Shown: positions 10,400 to 19,828 of the stretch, in pieces | Layout of the letters: every line of letters starts with the position of its first letter | Position numbering within the stretch: position 1 is the first letter of the stretch | IMG/VR virus record: IMGVR_UViG_2939147180_000007 | Origin: a virus | Lineage: Duplodnaviria > Heunggongvirae > Uroviricota > Caudoviricetes | DNA: 42,021 nt | Direction: 5' to 3' (one strand) | The notes under the pieces: generated by a model | The model's input: the letters and a program-made list of their open reading frames with translations, nothing else | What the model was told of the DNA's origin: nothing | Database searches by the model: none | Translations under genes and position numbers: made by a program

Positions 10400-13300
10400 C
10401 CCGACGCGATGACTGCATAATTGACACAACCCTGCTGTCGATCAGATCCACCAGTCCCCTGGCTGAGCGCGCATCTATCTCGCCATTGCTCCCTTGATTC
10501 TGAATGCTGATGTGATAAACGGGAGAATAAACAAATCCACCGCCACCATTCACATTTCCAATGGCCCTGACCCCAAGAGAGCCGTCCGCTGCCCGTGTCA
10601 GTGGCATGATTGCTTCAGGCCCGGCCTCGCCCATCAACCCGGCACCTTTCGCAAAAGCAAAATACGTCGGTGTATCCACAATAGTGTTACTGTAAGCACT
10701 CAGATTTGCTGATGTGTAAACACCACCTTTTGCGTTTGCCACCGCCCCCGAAATCCATCCGCCGACCGTACCAAGCCACCCTCCGGCACCGGAGAGTGAC
10801 TTCAGTCCGTTAACAATGGCCGCATTCATCAGAATTTTTGAAACTTCCTGGAGAATTGAACTCCCCCAGTTTCTCCAGTCCACAACATTTCCGGCCAGTG
10901 CATCGGAAATATTTGATACCAGTCCGTCCATAGTGGAAACGACAGCATCTGCCGCCTGCGAAGCATAATCGGTGGCACTGTCTGCCCAGTTGGTCAGCCC
11001 CTCCTGGAGTCCTGCATTCCAGTTATTACGTAAAGCATCGGCCTTTGCATAATAATCCTGCTGATCGCTGAGACGCTCTTCCAGATATTTTTTATTCAGT
11101 TCTTTCTCCTGTTTCCACAGGGCTTCTTCAATTTCTCCGGCCTGATACTGTCTCAGCAGCTCGTTATTTTTCTGCTCAAACTCATGCCGGATACTCCACA
11201 TTTCCTGGAGTCGTTCACGCATCCGTGAGCCTTCACCATATCCCAGTAACTGCGCGTCGTTAGACGCCCGGGTACTGGCATTACTGTCCGCCAGGCTGCT
11301 TTCATACGCAGCAAGCTGCTCACGAATCTTTTTCTGGTCGATGAGTGCTGCATTCTGCAAAAGCGTTTTTTTCTGCGCTTCTGACAGGGTTGATAATTCG
11401 CCCTGACTGACCTGATATTTCATCTTAGCCAGTTCAGTATTCTGCCCTGCCAGTGCTATTTGTTCTTTTTGCTGTTTAATCAGCCGTTTATAAATATCTT
11501 CTGTTTTTTCCGCTTCGGTCTTTTTATGCGCTTTGGGTTTATTTGCCTGGTTATTTCGCCAGGCATCCAGTGAGTTATTGATATAATTCTGTCTGGCTGT
11601 CTGATACGCCTCTCCCACAAAGCCGAGATCATCCGCAGCATAACCCAAGCGGGCACGCTCACGGGCTTCCCCCTTCAGGCGGGACAGAGCCAGTTCGCGC
11701 TCGCTGTTATTCAGTGCAGTCTGCTGTTTATCATCCAGGGTTGCCTGTGGTAGCCGTAACGGTACATTCACCAGCCCCTGTCGCTGCTGAAGTAATTCAT
11801 TACCGAGCCCGAGAAGGCGATTAAACTCGGTATGCTGCCCATTCATGATCAACAGGGACTGATACGCTTTGTTTTGTTCCGCGGCCTGTTGACGGATCAA
11901 CGCCACCCGTCGCTCCTCCAGCCCGGCAAGCACATCCTGAATGGATTGCGCTTTGCCCTGCATTTGTGTGAGACGGGACTGTTCAACTGCCAGTTGATTT
12001 GTTGCTTCTGCAAGCCCTTCTGTGACAGTTTTTACCGACGTCATGTGGTTAATCATAAAACCGTTATCGGTTGTCCAGCCCGGGTTTGCCAGCACATACT
12101 GATAGCCAGCAATTTTTTCCTGTAAGGATTTAATCTTACTTTTCTGCTCGTCAATTAACCTGTTTTGCTCATCAAGTGCCTGCCGCGTCTTTTCCTCATT
12201 ATCTGACGCTTCAGGAAGCGACATTGCCGACGTTTTCTGGCGAATTTCGTCGATTGTTGCGGCATACTGGCGTGCAGATTCTCTGGCCTGCTCCTGATTC
12301 TGATACATCGTGTACCAGGCCGTCGCCCCCAGCATGACGAGTCCCGGCACACCACCAACCAACCCCAGCGCACCACTTAACAGACGACTCCCCACTGACG
12401 TGACAGTATTCAGCGTTGTCTGTGCCGCTGTTCTGGCCGCAATATTACGGGTAAGTGACGCCTGAGCAGCTGTCAGCTTCACTTCTGCTGCGGCCTGCCT
12501 TTCGGTACCGCGAGCAGCAACAACCGCCTGTTGCGCACGATAAACCGCCGCACGCGCCCTGGCGGTTGCTATCTGTGTCCCCCGAAGTTGCGCTTCAGCA
12601 AGAGCCACTTCGTTTCTGGCTGCAGTAATTAATCCGGCAGTTGCAGATCCAGCAGAAGACGCCATATTGCCAAAATATCGGGCTACCCCGACGGCAACCA
12701 GAGCACCGGCAGCGGTTGCCACGGTGTCAATATTGCCTGCAAGACCATTCAGCACCCCGGAGAGCGTCTTCGTCACTCCGCTTGCCTCGTTCGCACCACC
12801 AACCCAGGCCATAAAGGCGTTTTCAACTTTGGTTGCAGAGGATGAAACCGTATCAGGCATTGCTGCATATTCATCACGCAACGCCCCAAGCTGACTAATC
12901 AGTGCAGGAACAACCTTATCGGCGGTTAGTTTTCCGTTATCCGCCATGGCCTTCAGATCCTTACGGGCAACGCCCATTCCCGCAGCCAGCGCACGAATAA
13001 CACGATCACCGCTCTCATTCACCGAGTTAAACTCTTCACCGCGCAGCACTCCCTGCGCCAGTGCCTGACTGAACTGCGTGATCACCGAACTGGCTTCTGC
13101 TGTACTGGCACCGGATAATTTCAGGCCCGTGGAGATCGCCTCGGTGACTTTCAGTACCTCCTCAGAACTGTAACCATACTCCCGCATGGAAGCTGCAGAA
13201 CGGGCAAAAAGGCTGGCGTTATCAGAAAACGCCGTCCCCGTTCTCTGGCTGATCGCCATTAATTCACGTTGTGATACCTGAAAATCATCACTGGACTGTG

Positions 13301-13610
13301 AGGCCTGCTTCAGACGGGCATTTACTGAATTCCACTCATCGGCGAGAGAAATAAGATGACCGGTAGCAAAAGCCGCGGCAAATGCCCCCGCCATATTCAG
13401 TGCCGTAGATTTAGCTGTATTTATCTGATCCGTCACTTCTGCCAGTGCACGCCGCATTTCACGGGATGCAGCAGCGGACTGCCGGCCTCCGTTCTGCATG
13501 GTACGGTAGTAATCCTGCCCCATACGCGAAGCCCGGGAGATCTCTGACTGGAATGACCGGGAATTTGCCGAGATTTTAATAATCAGTTCACGTAATGTCG
13601 CCACACTCAT
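10377..13610 (-). CDS. H: tail tape measure protein
   Basis: 1077-aa ORF, Ala/Gln-rich coiled-coil character, between G/T and M. Confidence 0.9.
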   Translation of the reverse strand: MSVATLRELIIKISANSRSFQSEISRASRMGQDYYRTMQNGGRQSAAASREMRRALAEVTDQINTAKSTALNMAGAFAAAFATGHLISLADEWNSVNARLKQASQSSDDFQVSQRELMAISQRTGTAFSDNASLFARSAASMREYGYSSEEVLKVTEAISTGLKLSGASTAEASSVITQFSQALAQGVLRGEEFNSVNESGDRVIRALAAGMGVARKDLKAMADNGKLTADKVVPALISQLGALRDEYAAMPDTVSSSATKVENAFMAWVGGANEASGVTKTLSGVLNGLAGNIDTVATAAGALVAVGVARYFGNMASSAGSATAGLITAARNEVALAEAQLRGTQIATARARAAVYRAQQAVVAARGTERQAAAEVKLTAAQASLTRNIAARTAAQTTLNTVTSVGSRLLSGALGLVGGVPGLVMLGATAWYTMYQNQEQARESARQYAATIDEIRQKTSAMSLPEASDNEEKTRQALDEQNRLIDEQKSKIKSLQEKIAGYQYVLANPGWTTDNGFMINHMTSVKTVTEGLAEATNQLAVEQSRLTQMQGKAQSIQDVLAGLEERRVALIRQQAAEQNKAYQSLLIMNGQHTEFNRLLGLGNELLQQRQGLVNVPLRLPQATLDDKQQTALNNSERELALSRLKGEARERARLGYAADDLGFVGEAYQTARQNYINNSLDAWRNNQANKPKAHKKTEAEKTEDIYKRLIKQQKEQIALAGQNTELAKMKYQVSQGELSTLSEAQKKTLLQNAALIDQKKIREQLAAYESSLADSNASTRASNDAQLLGYGEGSRMRERLQEMWSIRHEFEQKNNELLRQYQAGEIEEALWKQEKELNKKYLEERLSDQQDYYAKADALRNNWNAGLQEGLTNWADSATDYASQAADAVVSTMDGLVSNISDALAGNVVDWRNWGSSILQEVSKILMNAAIVNGLKSLSGAGGWLGTVGGWISGAVANAKGGVYTSANLSAYSNTIVDTPTYFAFAKGAGLMGEAGPEAIMPLTRAADGSLGVRAIGNVNGGGGFVYSPVYHISIQNQGSNGEIDARSARGLVDLIDSRVVSIMQSSRRDGGLYSA

Positions 13611-13619
13611 TCTCCGGAC

Positions 13620-13643
13620 GAAAAAAAACCGCCGAAGCGGTTA
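13620..13643 (-). terminator. terminator-like hairpin between T and H
   Basis: hairpin ACCGCTTCGGCGGT followed by U8 on the minus strand immediately upstream of the H RBS. Confidence 0.4.
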
Positions 13644-13650
13644 TGTTGAC

Positions 13651-13941
13651 TCACTGAGACACTATTAAAAGCGCTTTTTCCAGTCCGGCAAATGGATCTG
13701 ATACGCCTTCTGTCTGCTCCTTCTCCCACTGAAGAAGCGCATCATTCAGTGGCACTTTGACCCCCTGCGCACCGTAAACAGCCGAAACAATCTGGGCAGC
13801 CCGGATATCAGCCCGTTCGTCCCCCAGCGGGCTGAACCTGTCAAATTCTGCCCACATCATGATTTCTGATGCGGACATTTCCCGGCGTAACTCTGACAAT
13901 GTGCGCCCCATCCTGAGCGCCAGCATCATCAGAAAACGCAT
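13651..13941 (-). CDS. T: tail assembly protein T reading frame (expressed as G-T fusion)
   Basis: 96-aa ORF in the -1 frame relative to G, directly downstream of the slippery site; lambda G/GT arrangement. Confidence 0.7.
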   Translation of the reverse strand: MRFLMMLALRMGRTLSELRREMSASEIMMWAEFDRFSPLGDERADIRAAQIVSAVYGAQGVKVPLNDALLQWEKEQTEGVSDPFAGLEKALLIVSQ

Positions 13942-13952
13942 CCCCGGAAGCG

Positions 13953-14324
13953 CTACTTTTTTTTAACCTCGCCGGCATCACTGATCAGTTCCAGAGACTG
14001 CCGAAGAAGCCGCGCATGCACCGGGCCATACACGGCAATCACCTGTTCACGATCATCCTCTGAAAATACAGGTTGCAGTCCGGTATCACACAGAACATCA
14101 ATGAACAGTTCAACATCTGCCTCCAGATTTCGGCGGGCGCGCTCCGCAACGGATAACGGTGTCTCATTATCTTTTGCTTTAACGATCTCCTGCCAGCGCA
14201 ACCAGGCTTCTGCAGAAGGTTCCCGTAATACAACCGTTGCCCCTTCCCATTCAGGCACATCAACAGTTTTATGGCGAAACCCCGACATCGTTGCCAGTGC
14301 CAGATTGCGGATATTTTTAGTCAT
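13953..14324 (-). CDS. G: tail assembly chaperone G
   Basis: track ORF 13953..14339; start at internal Met with SD GAGGA; ends ...EVKKK at the slippery run. Confidence 0.75.
   Translation of the reverse strand: MTKNIRNLALATMSGFRHKTVDVPEWEGATVVLREPSAEAWLRWQEIVKAKDNETPLSVAERARRNLEADVELFIDVLCDTGLQPVFSEDDREQVIAVYGPVHARLLRQSLELISDAGEVKKK
13956..13962 (-). other. -1 programmed ribosomal frameshift slippery heptamer A AAA AAG (G to G-T)
   Basis: minus-strand GTT AAA AAA AAG TAG at the end of G; a -1 shift reads KKVALPGMRF... into the T frame. Confidence 0.6.
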
Positions 14325-14338
14325 CACATCTATCCTCA

Positions 14339-15043
14339 TTAACTGACGGTAACAGTGCAGGAAGTGGAGGTCACCTTGTTAACAGGGCTTGCTGAATCAG
14401 AAATCTCGCAGGTATACGCACCCGCATCACCGGATGATGCTGATGCCTTACTGAACGTTGCCGCCGTCTGTCCGGAAACAGGAGAACCACCTTTCTTCCA
14501 GACATAAGAATAAGGCGGCACACCACCCGCAGCCTCAACCGCCATTTCAAGTTTCGCTCCGGAAGCAACCCGCAGCGTGCTTTTTAAATCAACCTTCACT
14601 TTCAGCGAAGCTGTCGTCAGCACAGGTTTGCCTTTCAGACGCAGGGAAAACGTTGCAGCCACAACACCATTGGTTCCTGCAGACCAGGTATGCTGACGCA
14701 CTTCTGCCATAAAGGTAAATCCGTTGCCTGACGGAAAAATAACTTTAAAGCCATACGTGGTGTCATTGTCATAGGCACTGCGCAACGCGTTCTGGGCAGC
14801 ATTGAGGTAAAAGTTGCCTGACATGGAAATCTCTGACGCGGCACCAAGACCGTTAATATTTTCCTGCTCAACAGAACACAGCGTGGTGACATCAATATCC
14901 TGCTTTTGTCCAGCGGTAAACTGCACTTCTTTGATTGTACAGCTCAGGCCAAGATAGCTGGCAGAATCCAGGGTTTCTGCTGTTACCGGTGCAGACGAAA
15001 TCATAATTTTCGTCAGTTGCGAACGCTCAAAATTAGAGGACAT
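14339..15043 (-). CDS. V: major tail protein with C-terminal Ig-like domain
   Basis: track ORF 14339..15094; start at Met of MSSNFERSQ with SD CAGGAG; position upstream of G/T. Confidence 0.85.
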   Translation of the reverse strand: MSSNFERSQLTKIMISSAPVTAETLDSASYLGLSCTIKEVQFTAGQKQDIDVTTLCSVEQENINGLGAASEISMSGNFYLNAAQNALRSAYDNDTTYGFKVIFPSGNGFTFMAEVRQHTWSAGTNGVVAATFSLRLKGKPVLTTASLKVKVDLKSTLRVASGAKLEMAVEAAGGVPPYSYVWKKGGSPVSGQTAATFSKASASSGDAGAYTCEISDSASPVNKVTSTSCTVTVS

Positions 15044-15055
15044 ACTCGTCTCCTG

Positions 15056-15081
15056 AAAATAAAAAACCCGCCAGCGGCGGG
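15056..15081 (-). terminator. intrinsic terminator upstream of V
   Basis: hairpin CCCGCCGCTGGCGGG followed by a U-run on the minus strand. Confidence 0.55.
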
Positions 15082-15102
15082 TGGGTAAAATCATTAACGA
15101 CC

Positions 15103-15447
15103 TCAGGCTATTACCTGAAATTCAAGCGTGGCTCTGCTCAGACGGGAATCAGGATCATAACCCTGCGTTTTAGAAATAACGGAGGGTGCCAGTTTTCTTA
15201 CCGCATCAAGCGCCTGCTCACGAATATTATCTGCGTCATCAGGTACTGTCGCCCAGACATCGATCTGCACGGTAATTCTGGATTCAGCCTGCCCATCAAG
15301 CACATCAGATACCGTGTCAGACACCACAGAAAACACCAGCCACGGCGGAGATACTGCAGGCTTTCCCTCCGTCAGCGGGACCACATAAGGATAAACCTGT
15401 CCTCCGGCCAGCTGAGACAACAGGGAATACAGTGTGGCCTCCCTCAT
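15103..15447 (-). CDS. tail terminator / tail completion protein (gpU position)
   Basis: 114-aa ORF by synteny immediately upstream of the major tail gene. Confidence 0.6.
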   Translation of the reverse strand: MREATLYSLLSQLAGGQVYPYVVPLTEGKPAVSPPWLVFSVVSDTVSDVLDGQAESRITVQIDVWATVPDDADNIREQALDAVRKLAPSVISKTQGYDPDSRLSRATLEFQVIA

Positions 15448-15893
15448 TTACTTAAGACCTCATCAATAGCCTGATTCATTCGCTGTATGGCAACCTGCGC
15501 CGCCAGCTCCTCTGTCGTATCGAAAGCCGGGCGAATGAATGGATGCGCGGGCATGTTTATCGTTCCCAGCTCCACAAAGCGCCAGTAAAATGCATTTCGG
15601 GGATCGCTGGCTTTCATGCTGTTATCACTGTTTCCGGTTCGCAGGTTCCGTCCGCGAATGTGGACACCCGAGATAATTTCCCCCCGACGCTTTGAACGCT
15701 GAGTGAGAACAACCACATTTTTCTTCAGTTTCCCGGTTCGCTCCGGCGCACGTTCAACAACTGCATCCCGCATAACTTCAGCACCGGCACGGGTGGCATC
15801 GCGCAGAACCTTATTGTTTTCTGCCCTGCTGAGCGTCTCCAAATCCCGTGCAATATCCGCCAGGCCGGAAAAATCAAGACTGAAATCCATCAC
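15444..15893 (-). CDS. tail component (gpZ position, HK97 gp10-like)
   Basis: 149-aa ORF, overlapping stop/start with neighbours; synteny. Confidence 0.6.
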   Translation of the reverse strand: MMDFSLDFSGLADIARDLETLSRAENNKVLRDATRAGAEVMRDAVVERAPERTGKLKKNVVVLTQRSKRRGEIISGVHIRGRNLRTGNSDNSMKASDPRNAFYWRFVELGTINMPAHPFIRPAFDTTEELAAQVAIQRMNQAIDEVLSK

Positions 15894-16228
15894 ACATTCC
15901 CCTTCAGGCTGCAGAGTATTTCAAGCCGGGTAGCGCGTGCATCCGGTATTGGTGGACCTTCTATACCCAGAATGGCCCCTTTAAATGCACCGGTCAGCAC
16001 TTTCAGACGTGAAGTCGCTGTCACATCGCGCCGGAATCTCATCCAGACTCTGACCGTAGACTGAGCGGTTTCTGCTCCGCCTGAGATTATCTCCCTCCCG
16101 CTGATACCCTTAACTTCTGCCCATACGGTAGCTCCCTCCGTCACCGTCTCCACCGGATGCCCTGACGGAGAGCGGGCGGTGGTGACATTCAGAATAATTA
16201 CGCGATCACGTAATCTGCCCGCCTGCAT
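15890..16228 (-). CDS. head-tail adaptor / head closure protein
   Basis: 112-aa ORF between connector and tail completion genes. Confidence 0.6.
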   Translation of the reverse strand: MQAGRLRDRVIILNVTTARSPSGHPVETVTEGATVWAEVKGISGREIISGGAETAQSTVRVWMRFRRDVTATSRLKVLTGAFKGAILGIEGPPIPDARATRLEILCSLKGNV

Positions 16229-16236
16229 GTCTCCTC

Positions 16237-16554
16237 CTACAAAGGAATAAAACGATAAGGCTCCAGCAGAGAAGAAAAACCAAACGGGACTGGTGCCTTG
16301 CTGACATCTGAGGAATTTTCCCGGTTTTCGTACCAGTGCCCGACCAGCAACATGAGCGCCAGCAAAACATCATCAGCTATAAGCACCCCTTCAGGATCAC
16401 CTTCCGGCACCGTCTCCTCATAAAGCTTACGGTTGATAAAATTTTCTGCCTTGCGGCAGGCAGCCCGGAAATACAGCATCAGTAACTCATCATCAGTTGC
16501 ATCATCTGTATCAATACGGCACTGCGCCCTGAGTTTTTCCACTATTGCTGCCAT
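16237..16554 (-). CDS. head-tail connector protein (gp6-like)
   Basis: track ORF 16237..16734; start at internal Met MAAIVEKL with SD AGGAG; the upstream extension overlaps the capsid terminator. Confidence 0.6.
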   Translation of the reverse strand: MAAIVEKLRAQCRIDTDDATDDELLMLYFRAACRKAENFINRKLYEETVPEGDPEGVLIADDVLLALMLLVGHWYENRENSSDVSKAPVPFGFSSLLEPYRFIPL

Positions 16555-16586
16555 CAGAAACTCCTGCCCGCAACACTGTGCGGGCA

Positions 16587-16609
16587 TAAAAAAACCGCGT
16601 CGGCGCGGT
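16587..16609 (-). terminator. intrinsic terminator downstream of major capsid gene
   Basis: hairpin ACCGCGCCGACGCGGT followed by U7 on the minus strand. Confidence 0.6.
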
Positions 16610-16630
16610 CTGTAACTGAACAACGAGTGG

Positions 16631-17848
16631 TTATTTGCCAGTGAGCGCCTTGATGGCTGCCACATCTTCCAGCACACAGTCAAAACGATGGAAAGCCAGA
16701 AATGCCACCTGATCAAACTCAGCATAACGCTCAACCAGACGTTTCAGTTCCATATAAGTAACGCGGCGAATGATAAAGCGGTTGAAATCCCCCAGGAAAA
16801 TGAATTTTTTTCCAGTACCAATCCCGTCAATAGCCTGATCAATAACATAAGGGATCCCCAGCACAGTAGCCGGCGTACCGCCTGCAATATCCGGCAGCCA
16901 TAACGGGCGTTTCTGTCCATCCTCCATCTCTTCAATAGTCTGCAATGTGGCATCATTGAATGCCCAGCGGTATTTCGGCCCACCACGATATGCCGGATCA
17001 ATGGCATGTTTCAGGGCATTCATTTCTTTCCAGGTGAAAGCGGCAGAGGCTGCAGTCTGGATGGTTCCCGTCACCGACGCTGCCAGCCCTTTTGGCTGTA
17101 ACGGTGATCCCGTTCCGGTCCCCTGAACCAGATATTTTGCCTCTCCACGACCAATACGCTGGGCAATACGGTTTGCCAGATAAGATTCAATATCCACCCC
17201 ACTGTCCTGGAGCAGCTCATTGGACACACGAATTATTTTTGATGACAGCTTTTTAGCCCCCAGAATAGCGGTCCCGAACGTCACATCCTGTTCCGTTGCG
17301 GCTGTATTTTCCGCCAGCAGTTCGCCCTCTTCAGTCGTGCCATCAGACGTTGACCAGGTGATATCCTGCCCGGTTGATGTGGTCAGAAGTTGCGCCACAC
17401 TGGCAATCCCGCCATAAGCCTTCATGGTGTCAATGATTTTGTTACGCATCTGCGTGGGCACCGTATATCCGCCCTGAGAATCCGTTGTTACACTCTGAGC
17501 CCGCAGTTCACGCATCAGATTACGCTCTTCAGCATTCAGTTCTGCAAATCCGGCACGCAGAAAACGGTTAAATGCCGCAGCACGCTTCTCTTCCACCGCC
17601 TTTTTCCCGTTCTCCGCCTCATTATTCTGGCGCTCTTCCGGCCCGGACTCATCCACATATGCCTGATCCTGACGGCGCAACTCTTCTTCACGGGCGATTT
17701 GCTCATCCAGCGCATCCAGCTCAGCTTTCGCCCTGTTCCACTCTGCCCGTTGCTCATCAGTCCATGCGTTATCACCAATTTTTTCATGCAGTGCACGCAT
17801 ATCCTTTGCAATGGTGTTTCGTTTTTGCTTCATCTCATGAAGTTTCAT
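16631..17848 (-). CDS. major capsid protein (HK97 family, with N-terminal delta/scaffold-like domain)
   Basis: 405-aa ORF; coiled-coil N-terminal ~120 aa then capsid-fold region; downstream of prohead protease. Confidence 0.88.
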   Translation of the reverse strand: MKLHEMKQKRNTIAKDMRALHEKIGDNAWTDEQRAEWNRAKAELDALDEQIAREEELRRQDQAYVDESGPEERQNNEAENGKKAVEEKRAAAFNRFLRAGFAELNAEERNLMRELRAQSVTTDSQGGYTVPTQMRNKIIDTMKAYGGIASVAQLLTTSTGQDITWSTSDGTTEEGELLAENTAATEQDVTFGTAILGAKKLSSKIIRVSNELLQDSGVDIESYLANRIAQRIGRGEAKYLVQGTGTGSPLQPKGLAASVTGTIQTAASAAFTWKEMNALKHAIDPAYRGGPKYRWAFNDATLQTIEEMEDGQKRPLWLPDIAGGTPATVLGIPYVIDQAIDGIGTGKKFIFLGDFNRFIIRRVTYMELKRLVERYAEFDQVAFLAFHRFDCVLEDVAAIKALTGK

Positions 17849-17862
17849 CGTCAGTAGTATCC

Positions 17863-18462
17863 TTATGCATTAAGAAGGGTCAAAAGGCGCTCACGCGCCA
17901 TTCGTTCATTAACAGCTTTCTTCAGCGCACCACTCGCCCGCGCTTCCTGCCAGGCTTTCATTGAGCGGACACCGGAGTCTGCGTCCTGATAGGCCGGATA
18001 TGTCACCGGGCTGACGTCATACAGACGAGAAATGCGCGTGATTTCCCGGATAACAATCCCCTCGTCGTCTTCATACCAGCTCTCTCCGTCACGGGCGACA
18101 CGAAACGCGAACGAGGACTGGTTAATGTCACCACGCAACATTGGAGACAGCACCAGGTCACAAATAGTCGGAGTATCCGATGCAACAATGTCATAACGTA
18201 AACCGCGTTCATCCACCGACAATGACAATGTGCCGGCAGAACTTCGTCCGAGAATGAAATTAGGATCATGATTAAACAAGCTACGTACATCATCATTCAG
18301 TACATCATCAAAAGCCCCCGGCTTGATGATTTCACGAAATCCCCACAGAGGTTCTGAACGACTGTTAAATACCGAGCCATACCCCAGAATGTGGGTCGGG
18401 GCATTATCATATTGTTCCGCCCGCACCTCCCCGCTGTAACAGCGCGTTTCACGGTCATTCAT
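17863..18462 (-). CDS. prohead protease (HK97 family)
   Basis: 199-aa ORF between portal and capsid genes. Confidence 0.8.
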   Translation of the reverse strand: MNDRETRCYSGEVRAEQYDNAPTHILGYGSVFNSRSEPLWGFREIIKPGAFDDVLNDDVRSLFNHDPNFILGRSSAGTLSLSVDERGLRYDIVASDTPTICDLVLSPMLRGDINQSSFAFRVARDGESWYEDDEGIVIREITRISRLYDVSPVTYPAYQDADSGVRSMKAWQEARASGALKKAVNERMARERLLTLLNA

Positions 18463-19681
18463 CGTTCTTTTCCTCTTTGCCTTTCGTATCTTTAAAGTTA
18501 TTCAACGGATTTGCTGCATTTACGCTGACCAGCATTTCATCCAGACCGTCAACCGGGTTCATATCCTCAAATGCCCTGGCTTCATTCCGACTCATCCAGC
18601 CATCTGTAATGGCAAAGTGATAGAACTGCGCACGCTCCTGTGGGGTCCCACGGAGCAACCCCGTGAGGTTAAAACGAACGTAATACCCGGCAGCCCGTTC
18701 TGTACGGGTAAACAGGCGACGGTTAAGCTCCTGCTCCCAGTTCGCAACCCAGGGCATCATCGTGTAGCGAACAAACTGAATCGCCTGCTGCGTAATATTC
18801 GAAAATGTGGCTTTTTCCAGGTCATTAATCATGTGCGCCGGGACATTAAAAATCCCTGCAATCATCGACCTGTTCAGCTTGGTCATATCAATGATCTGAG
18901 CATCCACCGGAGAAACTGTCAGAGCGCGGTAATCCAGTTGCGCAGGCAACAGCATGGTTTTATTTTCCTGGCTGCGAAGCGCTGTCACCGCCCGCTGCCA
19001 CATATTTTTAAGCCTGCCCCAGCTCTGTTCGTTCAGTTCATTTTTCACAGAAATAATACCGGCAGGACGGGCATTACCGTTAAAAAAGGCGCTGGTATAC
19101 TGCTGGCCACTCATTCCCATACCAATGGTTTCAGCATGCTGCATGATCGGGCTCAGTCCCATTTTCTGATTGTTTCCCAGCGCCCTGATATGGATCATGT
19201 CGTCCGGACTTACCGCAAATGCCCCCTCTTCGTTATACACCCCGTAAGTATGACGCCCACCGGTGTTAAGTAACGTGGTTTCCCATGGCATACAGCATTC
19301 AAGGCTGGTAACCTCTCCACGACGATTACGTTTTACCCACGTATAACCATTGCCCCACCCCAGCACATGACGCTGCTTCAGTTCCCGCCACTTATAGCTG
19401 GTCTGCCAGGCATTAGGTTCATCATGAACGAGCCAGAACAACGGATGATCGCGTGCAGGCTGAACATGCTCATTCGTTTTTCGCATCACATGCAGGGGCA
19501 TCTGAGCCACACTGGATGAAATAACATAAATACAGGCATAGACAGCAGCCAGCTTCATGGATGTTTCCGGACTGACATACACATCCCGGGCAAAAATATT
19601 ATCCGTCTCAGCGGCCTCTCCGGTTACCGGAACCGAGGGATTTTCCAGAGACTCACTGCGAAACAGAGCATCAAGAAGCAT
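18455..19681 (-). CDS. portal protein
   Basis: 408-aa ORF downstream of terminase large subunit. Confidence 0.88.
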   Translation of the reverse strand: MLLDALFRSESLENPSVPVTGEAAETDNIFARDVYVSPETSMKLAAVYACIYVISSSVAQMPLHVMRKTNEHVQPARDHPLFWLVHDEPNAWQTSYKWRELKQRHVLGWGNGYTWVKRNRRGEVTSLECCMPWETTLLNTGGRHTYGVYNEEGAFAVSPDDMIHIRALGNNQKMGLSPIMQHAETIGMGMSGQQYTSAFFNGNARPAGIISVKNELNEQSWGRLKNMWQRAVTALRSQENKTMLLPAQLDYRALTVSPVDAQIIDMTKLNRSMIAGIFNVPAHMINDLEKATFSNITQQAIQFVRYTMMPWVANWEQELNRRLFTRTERAAGYYVRFNLTGLLRGTPQERAQFYHFAITDGWMSRNEARAFEDMNPVDGLDEMLVSVNAANPLNNFKDTKGKEEKNDE

Positions 19682-19828
19682 GTTTTCTCCTCATGGACAC
19701 TACCAGTGCATAAAGCAGCAACAAACAGCCCGACAGCATCAGAGACGCTGGCAGACCTGCATACAGATAAACGCCAGCAGTGAGCAAACCGAAACCGATC
19801 AGCCCGGTCATATCAGTAATAAGCTGTT

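Noticed and set aside
18617-19273. 218-aa plus-strand ORF inside the portal gene
   Set aside because: Antisense shadow ORF; no RBS and no recognisable features.
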